Source: an uncultured Clostridium sp.
Lineage (GTDB): Bacteria; Bacillota; Clostridia; TANB77; CAG-508
Reading direction: 5' to 3'
DNA: 64,000 nt
Assembly: GCA_947426525.1 (NCBI GenBank)
Contig: CANEEJ010000002.1
Span: 13,563 to 77,562 of the forward strand
The notes beneath the pieces are model-generated. The model saw only the letters and a list, made by a program, of their open reading frames with translations. It made no database searches and had not been told where the DNA came from. The position numbers and the translations under genes are program-made. Shown piece after piece: positions 1 to 9,688 of the stretch (position 1 is the first letter of the stretch; every line of letters begins with the position of its first letter).

Positions 1-521
1 TAAATATCTTGTATAACTTTAGTTACCAATTCTCTTGCTTTCATCTGGTAAGTTTTTAAATAGTGGGTAATGTCAATAAATACTTCATCTATAGAATACA
101 CATATATATCTTCAGGTGAAAACCATTTTAAATATATATTATAAATATTTGTACTATATTTCATATAATATGCCATACGTGGTGGTGCTACAATGTATGT
201 CAATTCTAAACCTTCATTTTTCTTTAATTCAATATCATTATATGAAGAACCTGTAAAAATTTGATTTGGTGCTTTTCTTTTTCTTTCTATATTAACCTCT
301 TTCACTTTTTGTACTACTTCAAATAATCTTGCTCTACCTGGTATCCCATATTTTTTTAGAGAAGGACTAACTGCAAGGCATATCGTTTTTTCTGTTCTAC
401 TACTATCTGCAACTACTAAATTTGTTGTTATTGGATTTAATCCTCTTTCTCTGCATTCAACAGAAGCATAAAAACTTTTTAAGTCTATTGATGCATAAAT
501 ATGTTGCATTTGTTCTTGCAT
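1..521 (-). CDS. Y-family DNA polymerase (DinB/UmuC, ImpB/MucB/SamB family), N-terminal part; the 3' end runs off the window
   Basis: Own translation from ATG at 521-519 (complement): MQEQMQHIYASIDLKSFYASVECRERGLNP... The D-x-x-x-F-Y-A-S-V-E opening is typical of Y-family polymerases. GGAGG RBS at complement 531-535. Confidence 0.8.
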   Translation of the reverse strand, partial: MQEQMQHIYASIDLKSFYASVECRERGLNPITTNLVVADSSRTEKTICLAVSPSLKKYGIPGRARLFEVVQKVKEVNIERKRKAPNQIFTGSSYNDIELKKNEGLELTYIVAPPRMAYYMKYSTNIYNIYLKWFSPEDIYVYSIDEVFIDITHYLKTYQMKARELVTKVIQDI

Positions 522-652
522 AATAGTACACCTCCAAATCACAATACTAAAATAATTATAACATCTATTAAGCGATTTGTAAACAGTTGTTTGTATAAAT
601 AAAAATAGCCAGAAACAATCTAACTATTTTTACTTTTACATATACTTTATAT

Positions 653-1945
653 TTAGTCATCATTCATATTTTCAATAATTTTTACTAGTGTCTTATCATC
701 TGTCTTTGTTGTTTTATTTAATAAATTATCACATTTGTGTATTAACTTTTGTAATGTTTCATCATCTGTTTTTGTTTGTCCAAAAGATAATCTCCTTAAG
801 TAAAAATCATTTTTTTCAATGGCTCTTGCTATTCTTCGCCATGAAATTGCTTTCTTTTGATTTTCTAATTTAGCTTCAGCAGTTTCAGGAATATCTTTAA
901 CATCTATGCCTTCTCTCTCCTTATACCATACTATAAATTTCTTTATTTTTTTATAATAATGTAACATTAAATCTTCGTTATATATACCTATACTTTCTAG
1001 TAAAAATACTGTATATTGTTGCCAGGACATAAAGTCTGGTTTTGTTGATTTTATATTTCCTAAAGCTGTAGTTTTACAATATATATTTCCAAAATTAACC
1101 CCATTCACTCGATTTAATACTTTGCTCCAAGTATCATATTCTAATGCTTTAAATTGATCTAGTCCGTTTCTTTGGTCATCTCCATATGGCTGACAAAGTC
1201 TTTGTTCATAAATACTTAATCCGTTTTTATACATTAATTCATAGATATAGTTAAATTCTAAATCTAATTTACTTACTGCTCCCCAAATATCTTCAACTCT
1301 CCAATCATATATAGGATAAAAGTTATATACATTTATATGTTTTTCATTCATTTTTACTTTTGTTGTCCAATTGTAATTTTTATAAGTTGTTTTTTTATCT
1401 TGAAATGCAATTGTTCTAAATCGATTTATACTTTCATCTGTTCTAATTACTATGCCACAAGCAACTTTGGTATCATATTTTTTTTGATACCAATCAGCAA
1501 ATTGTATTATAAATTCTTCAAATTCTTCTCCTTTTCTAAACCATTCAAATGGGCAATTACTTATATTAATACTATCTTCTGGCATATCTCTTACCCATAA
1601 ATGTTTACTTTCTTCCTCCCAGCATATCCATTTTGGCTGTAATACTGATACAGCATTTCTTAAAGCCATTGGAAGTGCTATATGATAAAAATCTCTAATT
1701 TTAGATAAAGTTTTTAAGTAATATATGTGTTCAATAGTTTTCTTATATTGTGCTTCAAAGTCTATATATAACACATCAAACTGTTTATTCATTCTTTCAG
1801 CTACAATATTGGCAAGTTGAACCATAACAGAACTATCTTTTCCCCCACTAACACAAAAATAAATATTTTCAAATTCATTAAAAATAATCTCTAATCTTTC
1901 TATTGCTGCATCTAGTACATTTTTTTCCAAATATATTTTTCCCAT
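653..1945 (-). CDS. PP-loop ATP-pyrophosphatase, PAPS-reductase-like (IbrA/DUF3440-like)
   Basis: 430-aa ORF with an N-terminal SGGKDS PP-loop motif (FCVSGGKDSSVM). The long C-terminal extension resembles IbrA-type proteins. Confidence 0.7.
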   Translation of the reverse strand: MGKIYLEKNVLDAAIERLEIIFNEFENIYFCVSGGKDSSVMVQLANIVAERMNKQFDVLYIDFEAQYKKTIEHIYYLKTLSKIRDFYHIALPMALRNAVSVLQPKWICWEEESKHLWVRDMPEDSINISNCPFEWFRKGEEFEEFIIQFADWYQKKYDTKVACGIVIRTDESINRFRTIAFQDKKTTYKNYNWTTKVKMNEKHINVYNFYPIYDWRVEDIWGAVSKLDLEFNYIYELMYKNGLSIYEQRLCQPYGDDQRNGLDQFKALEYDTWSKVLNRVNGVNFGNIYCKTTALGNIKSTKPDFMSWQQYTVFLLESIGIYNEDLMLHYYKKIKKFIVWYKEREGIDVKDIPETAEAKLENQKKAISWRRIARAIEKNDFYLRRLSFGQTKTDDETLQKLIHKCDNLLNKTTKTDDKTLVKIIENMNDD

Positions 1946-2063
1946 TAAATTATATACCTTTCTTTATCATTCATTTTTGTTTCTACTATATCATTCTCAT
2001 TCATTTACCTTTCTTCTATTTTTTTCAAAACACTATTTTATATAAATCACAAATAACACATCA

Positions 2064-3173
2064 TTAATAATTCTTTCCTATATATTGAGTTGCAATCCTA
2101 TTTTCTGGCTTTTTATCAAACATATATAACACAAATAAAAATATCCATTCCAAAGGTTTCATTAAAATATATGTAATATCTGCTTGCCAATCTGTATGTA
2201 TATGTTTTGCTAAAGGAAATCCATACTTATCATAAATATATCTTACAAAATGATGAAATTTTGGTGTTTTTTCTTCAATTAAATTTTCAAAAGCATTTGC
2301 TATACATAATTGTCTATTTACAACAATTTTTTCTCCATGTCTTATTCCCATTCTTGTTGGTTTTACTAATCTTTCATGTCCTTTTAATGAAACTGTGCAT
2401 AAATAATGGCCATCATAAGTAACAGGAGGTGGTGAGATTTTCTTTGACAAAGTCCAATCGCTTGTTTCTAAAAATGCTTTTATTGCTTCATCTGGTCTTT
2501 GTCCAAATAATACTAAAATACATATTAATATTACAAGCATTGGTATTGCTAAAATTACTGATAATATATGCCAGGTATCTGTATCATTTAAAATTTTATT
2601 ACATTTATTTAATATTTTATTTTCATATTCTTTTATAGTTATATTCTTTTCCTTATAGTAATTTATAATTTCTATTTCAGCTCTAATACTGCATAGAATA
2701 TAGTTTATAGGAAATAGTGTTAAATATGGAATTCCATAAACCCAGTTTTCCATCATACTCATATTAGAAATTTGAATTATAAATATTATCATATATATTG
2801 AACATATTAAAATTCCTGACATACAACCAACAATAATTAATGGTGGCAAATCCAATTTCTTAATTCTTATTAAAAAATATGAAACTATTCCTAATATTAA
2901 AATTCCTATAAATGTTGGCATACTCCATGATGCAATTGGTGCATGTGCCGTTACTTCTAATCCACTTAATATTATTGATTTATCATAATCTTTAAATCCT
3001 AAAAATTTATATAAAATTATTGTAAGTATAATTCCTAATACAAATGTTATAATATCTATTAAATTTTCTTTTACTTTTTTCTTTCTAAATAGATTTATTA
3101 TGTTAAAAAGTGTTAATATTAGTGGAAGTAATATACATACAAATCCAATTAAAAACCATAAAATTATTCCCAT
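2064..3173 (-). CDS. Multi-pass membrane protein with a soluble C-terminal domain, function unknown
   Basis: 369-aa ORF with several hydrophobic helices in the first ~230 aa. No motif recognised. Confidence 0.55.
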   Translation of the reverse strand: MGIILWFLIGFVCILLPLILTLFNIINLFRKKKVKENLIDIITFVLGIILTIILYKFLGFKDYDKSIILSGLEVTAHAPIASWSMPTFIGILILGIVSYFLIRIKKLDLPPLIIVGCMSGILICSIYMIIFIIQISNMSMMENWVYGIPYLTLFPINYILCSIRAEIEIINYYKEKNITIKEYENKILNKCNKILNDTDTWHILSVILAIPMLVILICILVLFGQRPDEAIKAFLETSDWTLSKKISPPPVTYDGHYLCTVSLKGHERLVKPTRMGIRHGEKIVVNRQLCIANAFENLIEEKTPKFHHFVRYIYDKYGFPLAKHIHTDWQADITYILMKPLEWIFLFVLYMFDKKPENRIATQYIGKNY

Positions 3174-3365
3174 TCTTTACTACTCCTTAATTTAGTCATC
3201 TATATTCCTAATATTCCAAGAATTGTTATGACATTCATTAATATCATATAATTCTTACCTCTTTTTTTGATATTATATCTTATTTTTATTTAATTGTCTA
3301 ATGATTATAATAAACAATAATAGAAATGCCATATTAAAACTAATAAGCATTTCTATATCTTTTTA

Positions 3366-4742
3366 CTATATCATTTCTATTTTTTCTTGTTTTTTATCTT
3401 GTATCAAAATATCTTTTCTTCTATAAATTGATAAAATCAAAGCTAAACTCATCATATTAATAATTAAACTTGCTCCACCATAAGATATAAATGGTATATT
3501 GAAATCAGCTTCTATCCATAAATTCAAGTTCATTAAGATATTAAATATGCTTTGCATGATAAACATACTAGATATTCCAATAATTAATAATTTTCCATAT
3601 ATATCTTTTATTTTAGCTGTATTTATGATTAATTTTATACTTAATGATATAACAGCAATAACAATTGCTAAACTGATTCCCCATCCATAATGAGCTAAAA
3701 TTGATATAAATGCAAAATTTGTACCTTCATCAAATAAATCAAGTGCATTACTCATATCATCTGATTCTCCATAAATTTGAGCTGACTCTATAATTAATTT
3801 TCTATTAATACCAAGCCAACCATCTCCATATGGATCTGATTCTGGATTAAATGATGATATAATTCTATTTATTCGATATGTTCCTCCAATACAATACATT
3901 AATAACATTATTCCTAAAACAACTGGTATTCCCCATAATGTTAAAATTCTTTTTACTTTATTTTCTTTTAAATCTATTATTTTTACTGTTGCTATTATTA
4001 AATATGTTAATCCTAATACAAAAGCTGAAACCATAGATGGTATTGCCGTTAGAAGTATTAGGGATATAACACTTAATACAATAATTTTTACTAAATTTAT
4101 ATTAACATTAGTGTTTGAAAAGATTTTTGTTTGTAATATACTTTCTTTGTTAATATTATTTAAAAATCCTGCAAATGATATTATATATAAAGGTACAGCA
4201 ATTATAGAGGCTGAAATAAAAATAGTCCCTAAACGTAAATAACACCTTCCATTCGTTCTGCAACCAGTCATTAATGCTAAAATAATAGTAATTGTTGCAC
4301 TCAAATAAATCATATTTGAATATTTACATATTTTTTTATAATCTGTAAAATATATAATTATTCCAGTTACTAATCCTACAAATGCAAAAAATAAATATTT
4401 CATCATATAATTATCTTTTGAATTTTCTGTTAGTGTGTTACTTGTTTTTATAAATGCTACTAAAAACCCAAAACATAGTAATATTATTGTAATTACTAAT
4501 AGTTTCCAATCTAGTTTTGGTTTATGAATTTTATTTAATTTTTTTCCTATTTCTTCAGCATTTCCCATTTGTTTAATTGCTTTTTCTTCAGATATTTTTT
4601 CATTGTTTCCTTCTTCTATTAACTTTTCTTTTAAATCTTCAATATGATTTTCTATTTCCTTTGATATTTCTCCTCTTATAGGTTTGTATTTTATTTGTTC
4701 ACATATAGAATTTAAGAATTCTTTAATTTGCAAATGAAACAC
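3366..4742 (-). CDS. SEDS-family (FtsW/RodA/SpoVE-like) membrane protein with a PadR-associated N-terminal domain
   Basis: C-terminal NIPFISYGGASLIINMMSLAL matches the SEDS P-x-x-S-Y-G-G-S signature. The N-terminal soluble helical domain is the type seen after PadR genes. Overlaps the padR stop, consistent with translational coupling. Confidence 0.65.
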   Translation of the reverse strand: MFHLQIKEFLNSICEQIKYKPIRGEISKEIENHIEDLKEKLIEEGNNEKISEEKAIKQMGNAEEIGKKLNKIHKPKLDWKLLVITIILLCFGFLVAFIKTSNTLTENSKDNYMMKYLFFAFVGLVTGIIIYFTDYKKICKYSNMIYLSATITIILALMTGCRTNGRCYLRLGTIFISASIIAVPLYIISFAGFLNNINKESILQTKIFSNTNVNINLVKIIVLSVISLILLTAIPSMVSAFVLGLTYLIIATVKIIDLKENKVKRILTLWGIPVVLGIMLLMYCIGGTYRINRIISSFNPESDPYGDGWLGINRKLIIESAQIYGESDDMSNALDLFDEGTNFAFISILAHYGWGISLAIVIAVISLSIKLIINTAKIKDIYGKLLIIGISSMFIMQSIFNILMNLNLWIEADFNIPFISYGGASLIINMMSLALILSIYRRKDILIQDKKQEKIEMI

Positions 4743-5061
4743 CTCCTAAGACTTGATTTATTCCATTACTAAATATTTTCCACTCTTCTTTTCTTTCTTT
4801 TAATTGTTTTTTTCCTTTTTTAGTAATGGAATAATACTTTCTTTTTTTAGTTCCTGTTTCATCCCAATATGAAGTTATAAATCCTTTTTCTTCTAATCCA
4901 TGTAATATAGGATATAGTGTACCTTCTTGTAATTCAAAAACATTATTAGATTCTTTTGATATTTCTTTAATCATTTGATATCCATACATATTTTCTTTTT
5001 CCAAAAGACTTAGAACTAGCATATTTGTACTTCCCTTTAGTAGCTCTTTGTTAAATTTCAA
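4723..5061 (-). CDS. PadR-family transcriptional regulator
   Basis: MLVLSLLEKENMYGYQMIKEI...EGTLYPILHGLEEKGFITSYW...KRKYYSITKKGK is a canonical PadR winged helix. Confidence 0.88.
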   Translation of the reverse strand: MKFNKELLKGSTNMLVLSLLEKENMYGYQMIKEISKESNNVFELQEGTLYPILHGLEEKGFITSYWDETGTKKRKYYSITKKGKKQLKERKEEWKIFSNGINQVLGGVSFAN

Positions 5062-5422
5062 AATAATCCCTCCTTTGTTACCTTGTTATTCTAGGTATTT
5101 TTATACATTGTATATCTAGGTATTTTATTTGTCAAGATAAATATTAAAAAAGACTAGATTTTTTATAATCTAACCTTTGTATATTATCCAAATTTTGGCA
5201 ACAATAAATTATTTCTTGTTTATTCATTATTAATACTTCTTTATTTTGAATCTATAATTCTAAATATACTACTATATTTATCTCGTAATTAGATTATATT
5301 ATAGATTTCTGATTTTGAATGAAAAAAATAAAAATTTCTATAAATATTGACATTATTTTATTTGTTTGTTACATTGTTATCAACACAAAAGATAAATTCA
5401 AGTCGAAAGGAGGGAATTTAGA

Positions 5423-5698
5423 ATGAACAAAAGTGAGTTAGTTTCTGCAATTTCAACAAAAACAGAACTTTCAAAAAAATCAGCTGAAGCATCTTTAAAT
5501 GCATTGGTTGAAGTAATTACTGAAGAATTAAAAAATAATGGTAAAGTACAACTTGTTGGATTTGGTACTTTTGAAACAAGAAAAAGAGCTGCTAGAAAAG
5601 GAATTAATCCTCAAACAAAACAAGAGATTAAAATACCTGCTACAATTGCTCCTGTATTCAAAGCTGGAAAAGCTTTAAAAGATACTGTAAATAACTAA
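5423..5698 (+). CDS. hup: DNA-binding protein HU
   Basis: 91 aa: MNKSELV...GFGTFETRKRAARKGINPQTKQEIKIPA...VFKAGKALKD. GGAGG RBS at 5410-5414. Confidence 0.94.
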   Translation: MNKSELVSAISTKTELSKKSAEASLNALVEVITEELKNNGKVQLVGFGTFETRKRAARKGINPQTKQEIKIPATIAPVFKAGKALKDTVNN

Positions 5699-5710
5699 TA
5701 ATGAGAAAAA

Positions 5711-5745
5711 ATCATAAACTAGAAATGTGAGTTTATGATTTTTTA
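5711..5745. terminator. Bidirectional intrinsic terminator between hup and the convergent MBL gene
   Basis: 9-bp stem ATCATAAAC/GTTTATGAT (5711-5719 / 5731-5739) with an A-run upstream and a T-run downstream. Confidence 0.75.
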
Positions 5746-5749
5746 TTAT

Positions 5750-6382
5750 CTATTTCATTAATATAACACCTTTAATATTAGGATTTAGTAATTTAATAAA
5801 ATCAGTAGCATCTTGATTTATTCCTACTACACTACCATAATGTATTGGTATTGCTATCTTTGGTTGTATTTTGTTTATTAAATATGCTGCATCTTTAAAA
5901 TCCATTGTATATATTCCACCTACTGGAACAAATGCTACATCACATTTTATTTTCAAACTTTCCTCTGTAATATCTGTATCTCCTGCTATATAATAACGAA
6001 TTCCATTTATTTCAATAACATATCCTACCCATTTATTTTCTTTTGGGTGATATGGTTTATCTATATTATAAGCTGCTACTGTTTCAAATCTTATATCTGA
6101 TGCCATATCTTCTTCATCTGGATCAACAGTTATAATTTCATCTTCTTTAAATCCATTATTTAATAATTTAGGCAATAGTTCTTCTGGAGCTACTATTATA
6201 GTATTTTCTTTTCTAACTTTATTTATATCTTCTTCAGAATAGTGGTCGTAATGGTCATGTGTTATAAATATAATATCTGCATCATTGTATTCTTTATCAA
6301 TTTTAAATGGGTCTATATATATTATCTTTTCTTTATTAATTTTTATACTGCTATGACATAAAACAGTTATATTATCTAACAT
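5750..6382 (-). CDS. MBL-fold metallo-hydrolase
   Basis: ITHDHYDHY (HxHxDH) motif; 210 aa. Confidence 0.85.
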   Translation of the reverse strand: MLDNITVLCHSSIKINKEKIIYIDPFKIDKEYNDADIIFITHDHYDHYSEEDINKVRKENTIIVAPEELLPKLLNNGFKEDEIITVDPDEEDMASDIRFETVAAYNIDKPYHPKENKWVGYVIEINGIRYYIAGDTDITEESLKIKCDVAFVPVGGIYTMDFKDAAYLINKIQPKIAIPIHYGSVVGINQDATDFIKLLNPNIKGVILMK

Positions 6383-6399
6383 ATAATTTTCTCATTACT

Positions 6400-6807
6400 T
6401 TAATTCAAAGACTCTTCAAATTTTTTTATTAATTTTTTCTTTTTTGCTAATCCTTGCTCTTCATATTTTTCTGGTGTAACACATCTTTTTAATAAATCAA
6501 TACTTGATTTATAATATTCTTCATTTGTTTCAACAAATTTTTTTTCTTTATTATTTAAGTGTTTTTCTTTTAATTTTTTATAAATTCTATCTATCTGATT
6601 TTTTAAAATTTTCTTATCTAATTTATCTGTTACATAAGCTAATTCTAATTCTACATTTATTTTATTCTTTGGAAATTTATGAATATAGTTTTCTACATTC
6701 ATTTTATCCAATATGTCATATTCACTTTCATTTTCTTCTATAACTTGTACTGCATGAAAATCAACATATTTGTTATCATAATCATTAACTATATATAATA
6801 CTTTCAT
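6400..6807 (-). CDS. Hypothetical protein (Lys/Glu-rich)
   Basis: 135-aa ORF packed tightly behind the next gene; no motif recognised. Confidence 0.45.
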   Translation of the reverse strand: MKVLYIVNDYDNKYVDFHAVQVIEENESEYDILDKMNVENYIHKFPKNKINVELELAYVTDKLDKKILKNQIDRIYKKLKEKHLNNKEKKFVETNEEYYKSSIDLLKRCVTPEKYEEQGLAKKKKLIKKFEESLN

Positions 6808-6866
6808 ATTTTTTCACCTTTCTGTGTACGATTCTACCTATCTGATCTATAACTTGTAATTTCTAT

Positions 6867-7121
6867 TTAACATTCACATGAAAATAATTGCTCATGGCAT
6901 TTAGGACATTTTTCGCAATCACATCCATCATGATGATATTCCCCCATTAAAGCATTACAATCATGGCACCTTAGAGTTTCATCTTCTATTCCATAGTAAA
7001 AATCATATTCATCTCCTACTGCAATTCTATCATAAGTTTTTCCATCATTTAAAATAATTTGTGATATACAACACCCATTGCTTTTTAACATATCCTCATT
7101 GCAAAAACCACATTTAGCCAT
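6867..7121 (-). CDS. Small Cys/His-rich (probable zinc-binding) protein
   Basis: 84 aa with CxxC-type pairs (CGFC, CHDC, CDCEKCPKCH). Confidence 0.5.
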   Translation of the reverse strand: MAKCGFCNEDMLKSNGCCISQIILNDGKTYDRIAVGDEYDFYYGIEDETLRCHDCNALMGEYHHDGCDCEKCPKCHEQLFSCEC

Positions 7122-7273
7122 ACTATTTTCCTCACTTTCAAATTACAATTTCTCAAGATGATATAAAGTAACAGATAATTTAAGAAAACACTAGAATTTT
7201 ATGTAAATATATGTTATAATTAGGTTGTACTTTTATTGAGGGCAAAGGAATTTTTAATAAAAGGAGAACCAAT

Positions 7274-7717
7274 ATGAATCATTTTGAAATTGGTAGATTA
7301 ATAGGAAGATTAGATGTAATATTAGATGGCATATTTAATAAAGAAAAAGATTTACAAGAATTAGAAAGTGCCTTAAAATATGAGCAAGATATTGAAACAC
7401 TAGCGATAATTTATGGAAAAATTGAACAAAAAATGATTATTGCAAATAAAGACAAAAAAGAGATTCAATTTTTAAAAGACTTATTTATGGAGGCAGAACA
7501 AACACATATAGAAGAATTTAAGAAAAAGAATATAAATGAACTACGACTTAGAGGATTTCCATTAAAAGCACTAAATAATGAAAATATTTTTACTGTTCAA
7601 GATTTATGTAATAAAACAATTCAAGAATTAGAAAGTATTAGTGGAATTAGTGATATGTCAGCACGAAGGCTTGTAGATGTATTAAAAAGAAATGGATTAT
7701 ATTTAAAGCAAAAATAG
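7274..7717 (+). CDS. Hypothetical protein with a C-terminal helix-hairpin-helix domain (RpoA-CTD-like)
   Basis: The C-terminus LRGFPLKALNNENIFTVQDLCNKTIQELESISGISDMSARRLVDVLKRNG resembles the alpha-CTD HhH fold. GGAG RBS at 7262-7265. Confidence 0.5.
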   Translation: MNHFEIGRLIGRLDVILDGIFNKEKDLQELESALKYEQDIETLAIIYGKIEQKMIIANKDKKEIQFLKDLFMEAEQTHIEEFKKKNINELRLRGFPLKALNNENIFTVQDLCNKTIQELESISGISDMSARRLVDVLKRNGLYLKQK

Positions 7718-7732
7718 CAGGTAGTTAACCTG

Positions 7733-8035
7733 TTATTTTTCACTTTTAGTTGCATTATCTAAACATTGTTGAATTTTTTTAATAGAATTTTTATGAATTT
7801 TCTTGATATTTGCTATATTAACATTCTCAATATTATTGATATCCTTTAAAAATCTAGTTATTTGATCATCACACATTCCCCAAAAATCAAGTAAGGCAAT
7901 TTTAAAAATAATTTGTAAATATTCTTCGTTATACTTTGTTAGATGTTCTGTTTTGATAATATTACAAATATTATCAAATACCTTTTGACCATGTTTTTCT
8001 ATAAATAAACTACAAAAATCAATTAAAAAATCCAT
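7733..8035 (-). CDS. Hypothetical protein
   Basis: ORF-track ORF 7733..8071. I prefer the ATG at 8035 because an AGAGGTG RBS lies at complement 8041-8047. Confidence 0.45.
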   Translation of the reverse strand: MDFLIDFCSLFIEKHGQKVFDNICNIIKTEHLTKYNEEYLQIIFKIALLDFWGMCDDQITRFLKDINNIENVNIANIKKIHKNSIKKIQQCLDNATKSEK

Positions 8036-8122
8036 GAAATCACCTCTAATATTTAATATATAATATACCATAAAATTAGAATAATTATAATTTATTTGCT
8101 AAATTATTGCTTAGTAGATATA

Positions 8123-8419
8123 TCATTTTATAGTTAATGCAGTTATGATAAATTTTACACCATCAGCAACACCATTTCTATAAAGTAATTCATTTTCTTT
8201 ACGCAAATATCCACATTCTACCTCATCATATTTTAATAATAATCGCTTCAATTTATCTCTTGACTTTGGATGCACTCGTGAATCAATAAATTTAATAATT
8301 TCATCATAGACCATTCCTGATTTTTCTTTTAATTTTTCTCTTTCTGAATCCTCTAAATCAAATAATTCTTCATCTTCTTTTTTATTAAATACAAAATTAA
8401 TAATGTCCCTATAATTCAT
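8123..8419 (-). CDS. Hypothetical protein
   Basis: 98-aa ORF with a GGAGGTG RBS just upstream (complement ~8427-8433). Confidence 0.45.
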   Translation of the reverse strand: MNYRDIINFVFNKKEDEELFDLEDSEREKLKEKSGMVYDEIIKFIDSRVHPKSRDKLKRLLLKYDEVECGYLRKENELLYRNGVADGVKFIITALTIK

Positions 8420-8434
8420 AGGTTCTTCACCTCC

Positions 8435-8776
8435 TTATTCATTATATAATTTTAAATCTCTTCTAATGTAATCTTCAATTTCTGGGATAAGTTCTTCTTG
8501 GTCTCTTAAAATTTCACCAGGTGGAAATGCTACACTTGTACCAGGTGTTAGTCCTAGATCTAACATAAAAGCTATTTGTTTTTTATTTAGTCCCAAATAG
8601 TTTAAAGCTATAACATAATATACAACAAGGCAATATTGAACTAATACTTCATCTTTACCAACTTTTTCTATTATTTCTATTGGTATTTTTATCTTTTGAC
8701 ACATTTTATCAACTAAATTTTTAAAAGTCTCTTTTCCATATCGAGCAATCCAGTAAGTAAAATAGTAATTTGGCAT
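8435..8776 (-). CDS. Hypothetical protein
   Basis: 113-aa ORF with an AGGAGGG-like RBS upstream. Confidence 0.45.
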   Translation of the reverse strand: MPNYYFTYWIARYGKETFKNLVDKMCQKIKIPIEIIEKVGKDEVLVQYCLVVYYVIALNYLGLNKKQIAFMLDLGLTPGTSVAFPPGEILRDQEELIPEIEDYIRRDLKLYNE

Positions 8777-8966
8777 TTTACCCTCCTTTCACGATAATTG
8801 TATATAAATATTTCTTAAATGTTAACGCTCAAAAAAAAATTTCTTTATTTTTTTTGTAATTGTTGTCAATATATTAAATTGTTTTGGAAAAAAATTTAAA
8901 AATGCCATACTAAAAATGTCTGTAAATACTTATATTTCAATGAAAAAATTTTTTAGGTCGTGCTTA

Positions 8967-8995
8967 TTGAAATAAATAAAAAAAGTATGTAAAAT
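8967..8995 (+). promoter_or_regulatory. Sigma-A-type promoter (TTGAAA, 17 nt, TAAAAT) facing the leading-region module
   Basis: -35 at 8967-8972, a 17-nt spacer, and -10 at 8990-8995, all read directly. Confidence 0.45.
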
Positions 8996-9014
8996 ATAAG
9001 TGTGTATTAGATTA

Positions 9015-9114
9015 TGTTATAGTTTCTTACTATAACTACCTATAAAGTACAACTTTATAGCATAACTACTAAATAAAAGTTAGTAGCAGTATATCTACAT
9101 TGTAAAAAAATGTA
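9015..9114 (+). promoter_or_regulatory. Four tandem perfect hairpins in the leader downstream of the promoter
   Basis: H1 9015-9035 (8-bp stem), H2 9039-9059 (9 bp), H3 9065-9085 (7 bp), H4 9094-9114 (7 bp). ATAACTA precedes both H2 and H3. Confidence 0.5.
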
Positions 9115-9174
9115 GCATAAAATGGGTACAAGCAAGACATTTACATAGATTATTTGTCGTGTTCATATAAAAAA

Positions 9175-9244
9175 GAAAGTTAGAATCTTAAAAGATGCCC
9201 CCTCTTTTAAGGTTGCTTAACTTTCTATTTTTTTACCCAAAATA
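9175..9244 (+). terminator. Intrinsic terminator or attenuator inside the leader, 64 nt before the first gene
   Basis: Long interrupted stem GAAAGTTA..CTTAAAAGA / TCTTTTAAG..TAACTTTC with loop TGCCCCC, followed by TATTTTTTT. Confidence 0.55.
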
Positions 9245-9307
9245 AAAGAAAGGAGGATTTATTAAAAGAATCTTTTACACAAAAATAATGGAAGGAGATT
9301 TTTAATT

Positions 9308-9670
9308 ATGAAAAGTGGATTTGATTTTGAATTATACGAAACACTTTTTACAAATTGCTTTATTCTTAGCTCAAGATATACCAATGGAAATTTGCAATTA
9401 AGTCTATTTGGAACTGACCCAGCTACAAATGAAACAGCACATTTTGTTGATATTACACTAAACCAAAATAACAGAATGCTAAAAGAAAATGAAATTGTAG
9501 TTGATTGCAAATACAAACCTAGTTTAATCCCTCAGTTAGTAAATTTAGGTGTTTTAAAGGAACAAGTTGGTATATGTGCAATAAAAGGTGCAATATATCC
9601 TATTTATACTATTGATAAAACAATGGTAAATCAAAAACAATATTGTATGCAAGAATTAGTTGCTGCATAA
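9308..9670 (+). CDS. DUF4313-like conjugative-element protein; ends in Ala-Ala
   Basis: 120 aa with a GGAGA RBS. The family assignment is from memory of DUF4313 sequences (moderate). C-terminus ...QELVAA. Confidence 0.55.
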   Translation: MKSGFDFELYETLFTNCFILSSRYTNGNLQLSLFGTDPATNETAHFVDITLNQNNRMLKENEIVVDCKYKPSLIPQLVNLGVLKEQVGICAIKGAIYPIYTIDKTMVNQKQYCMQELVAA

Positions 9671-9688
9671 AAGAAAGGAAGAATAAAA

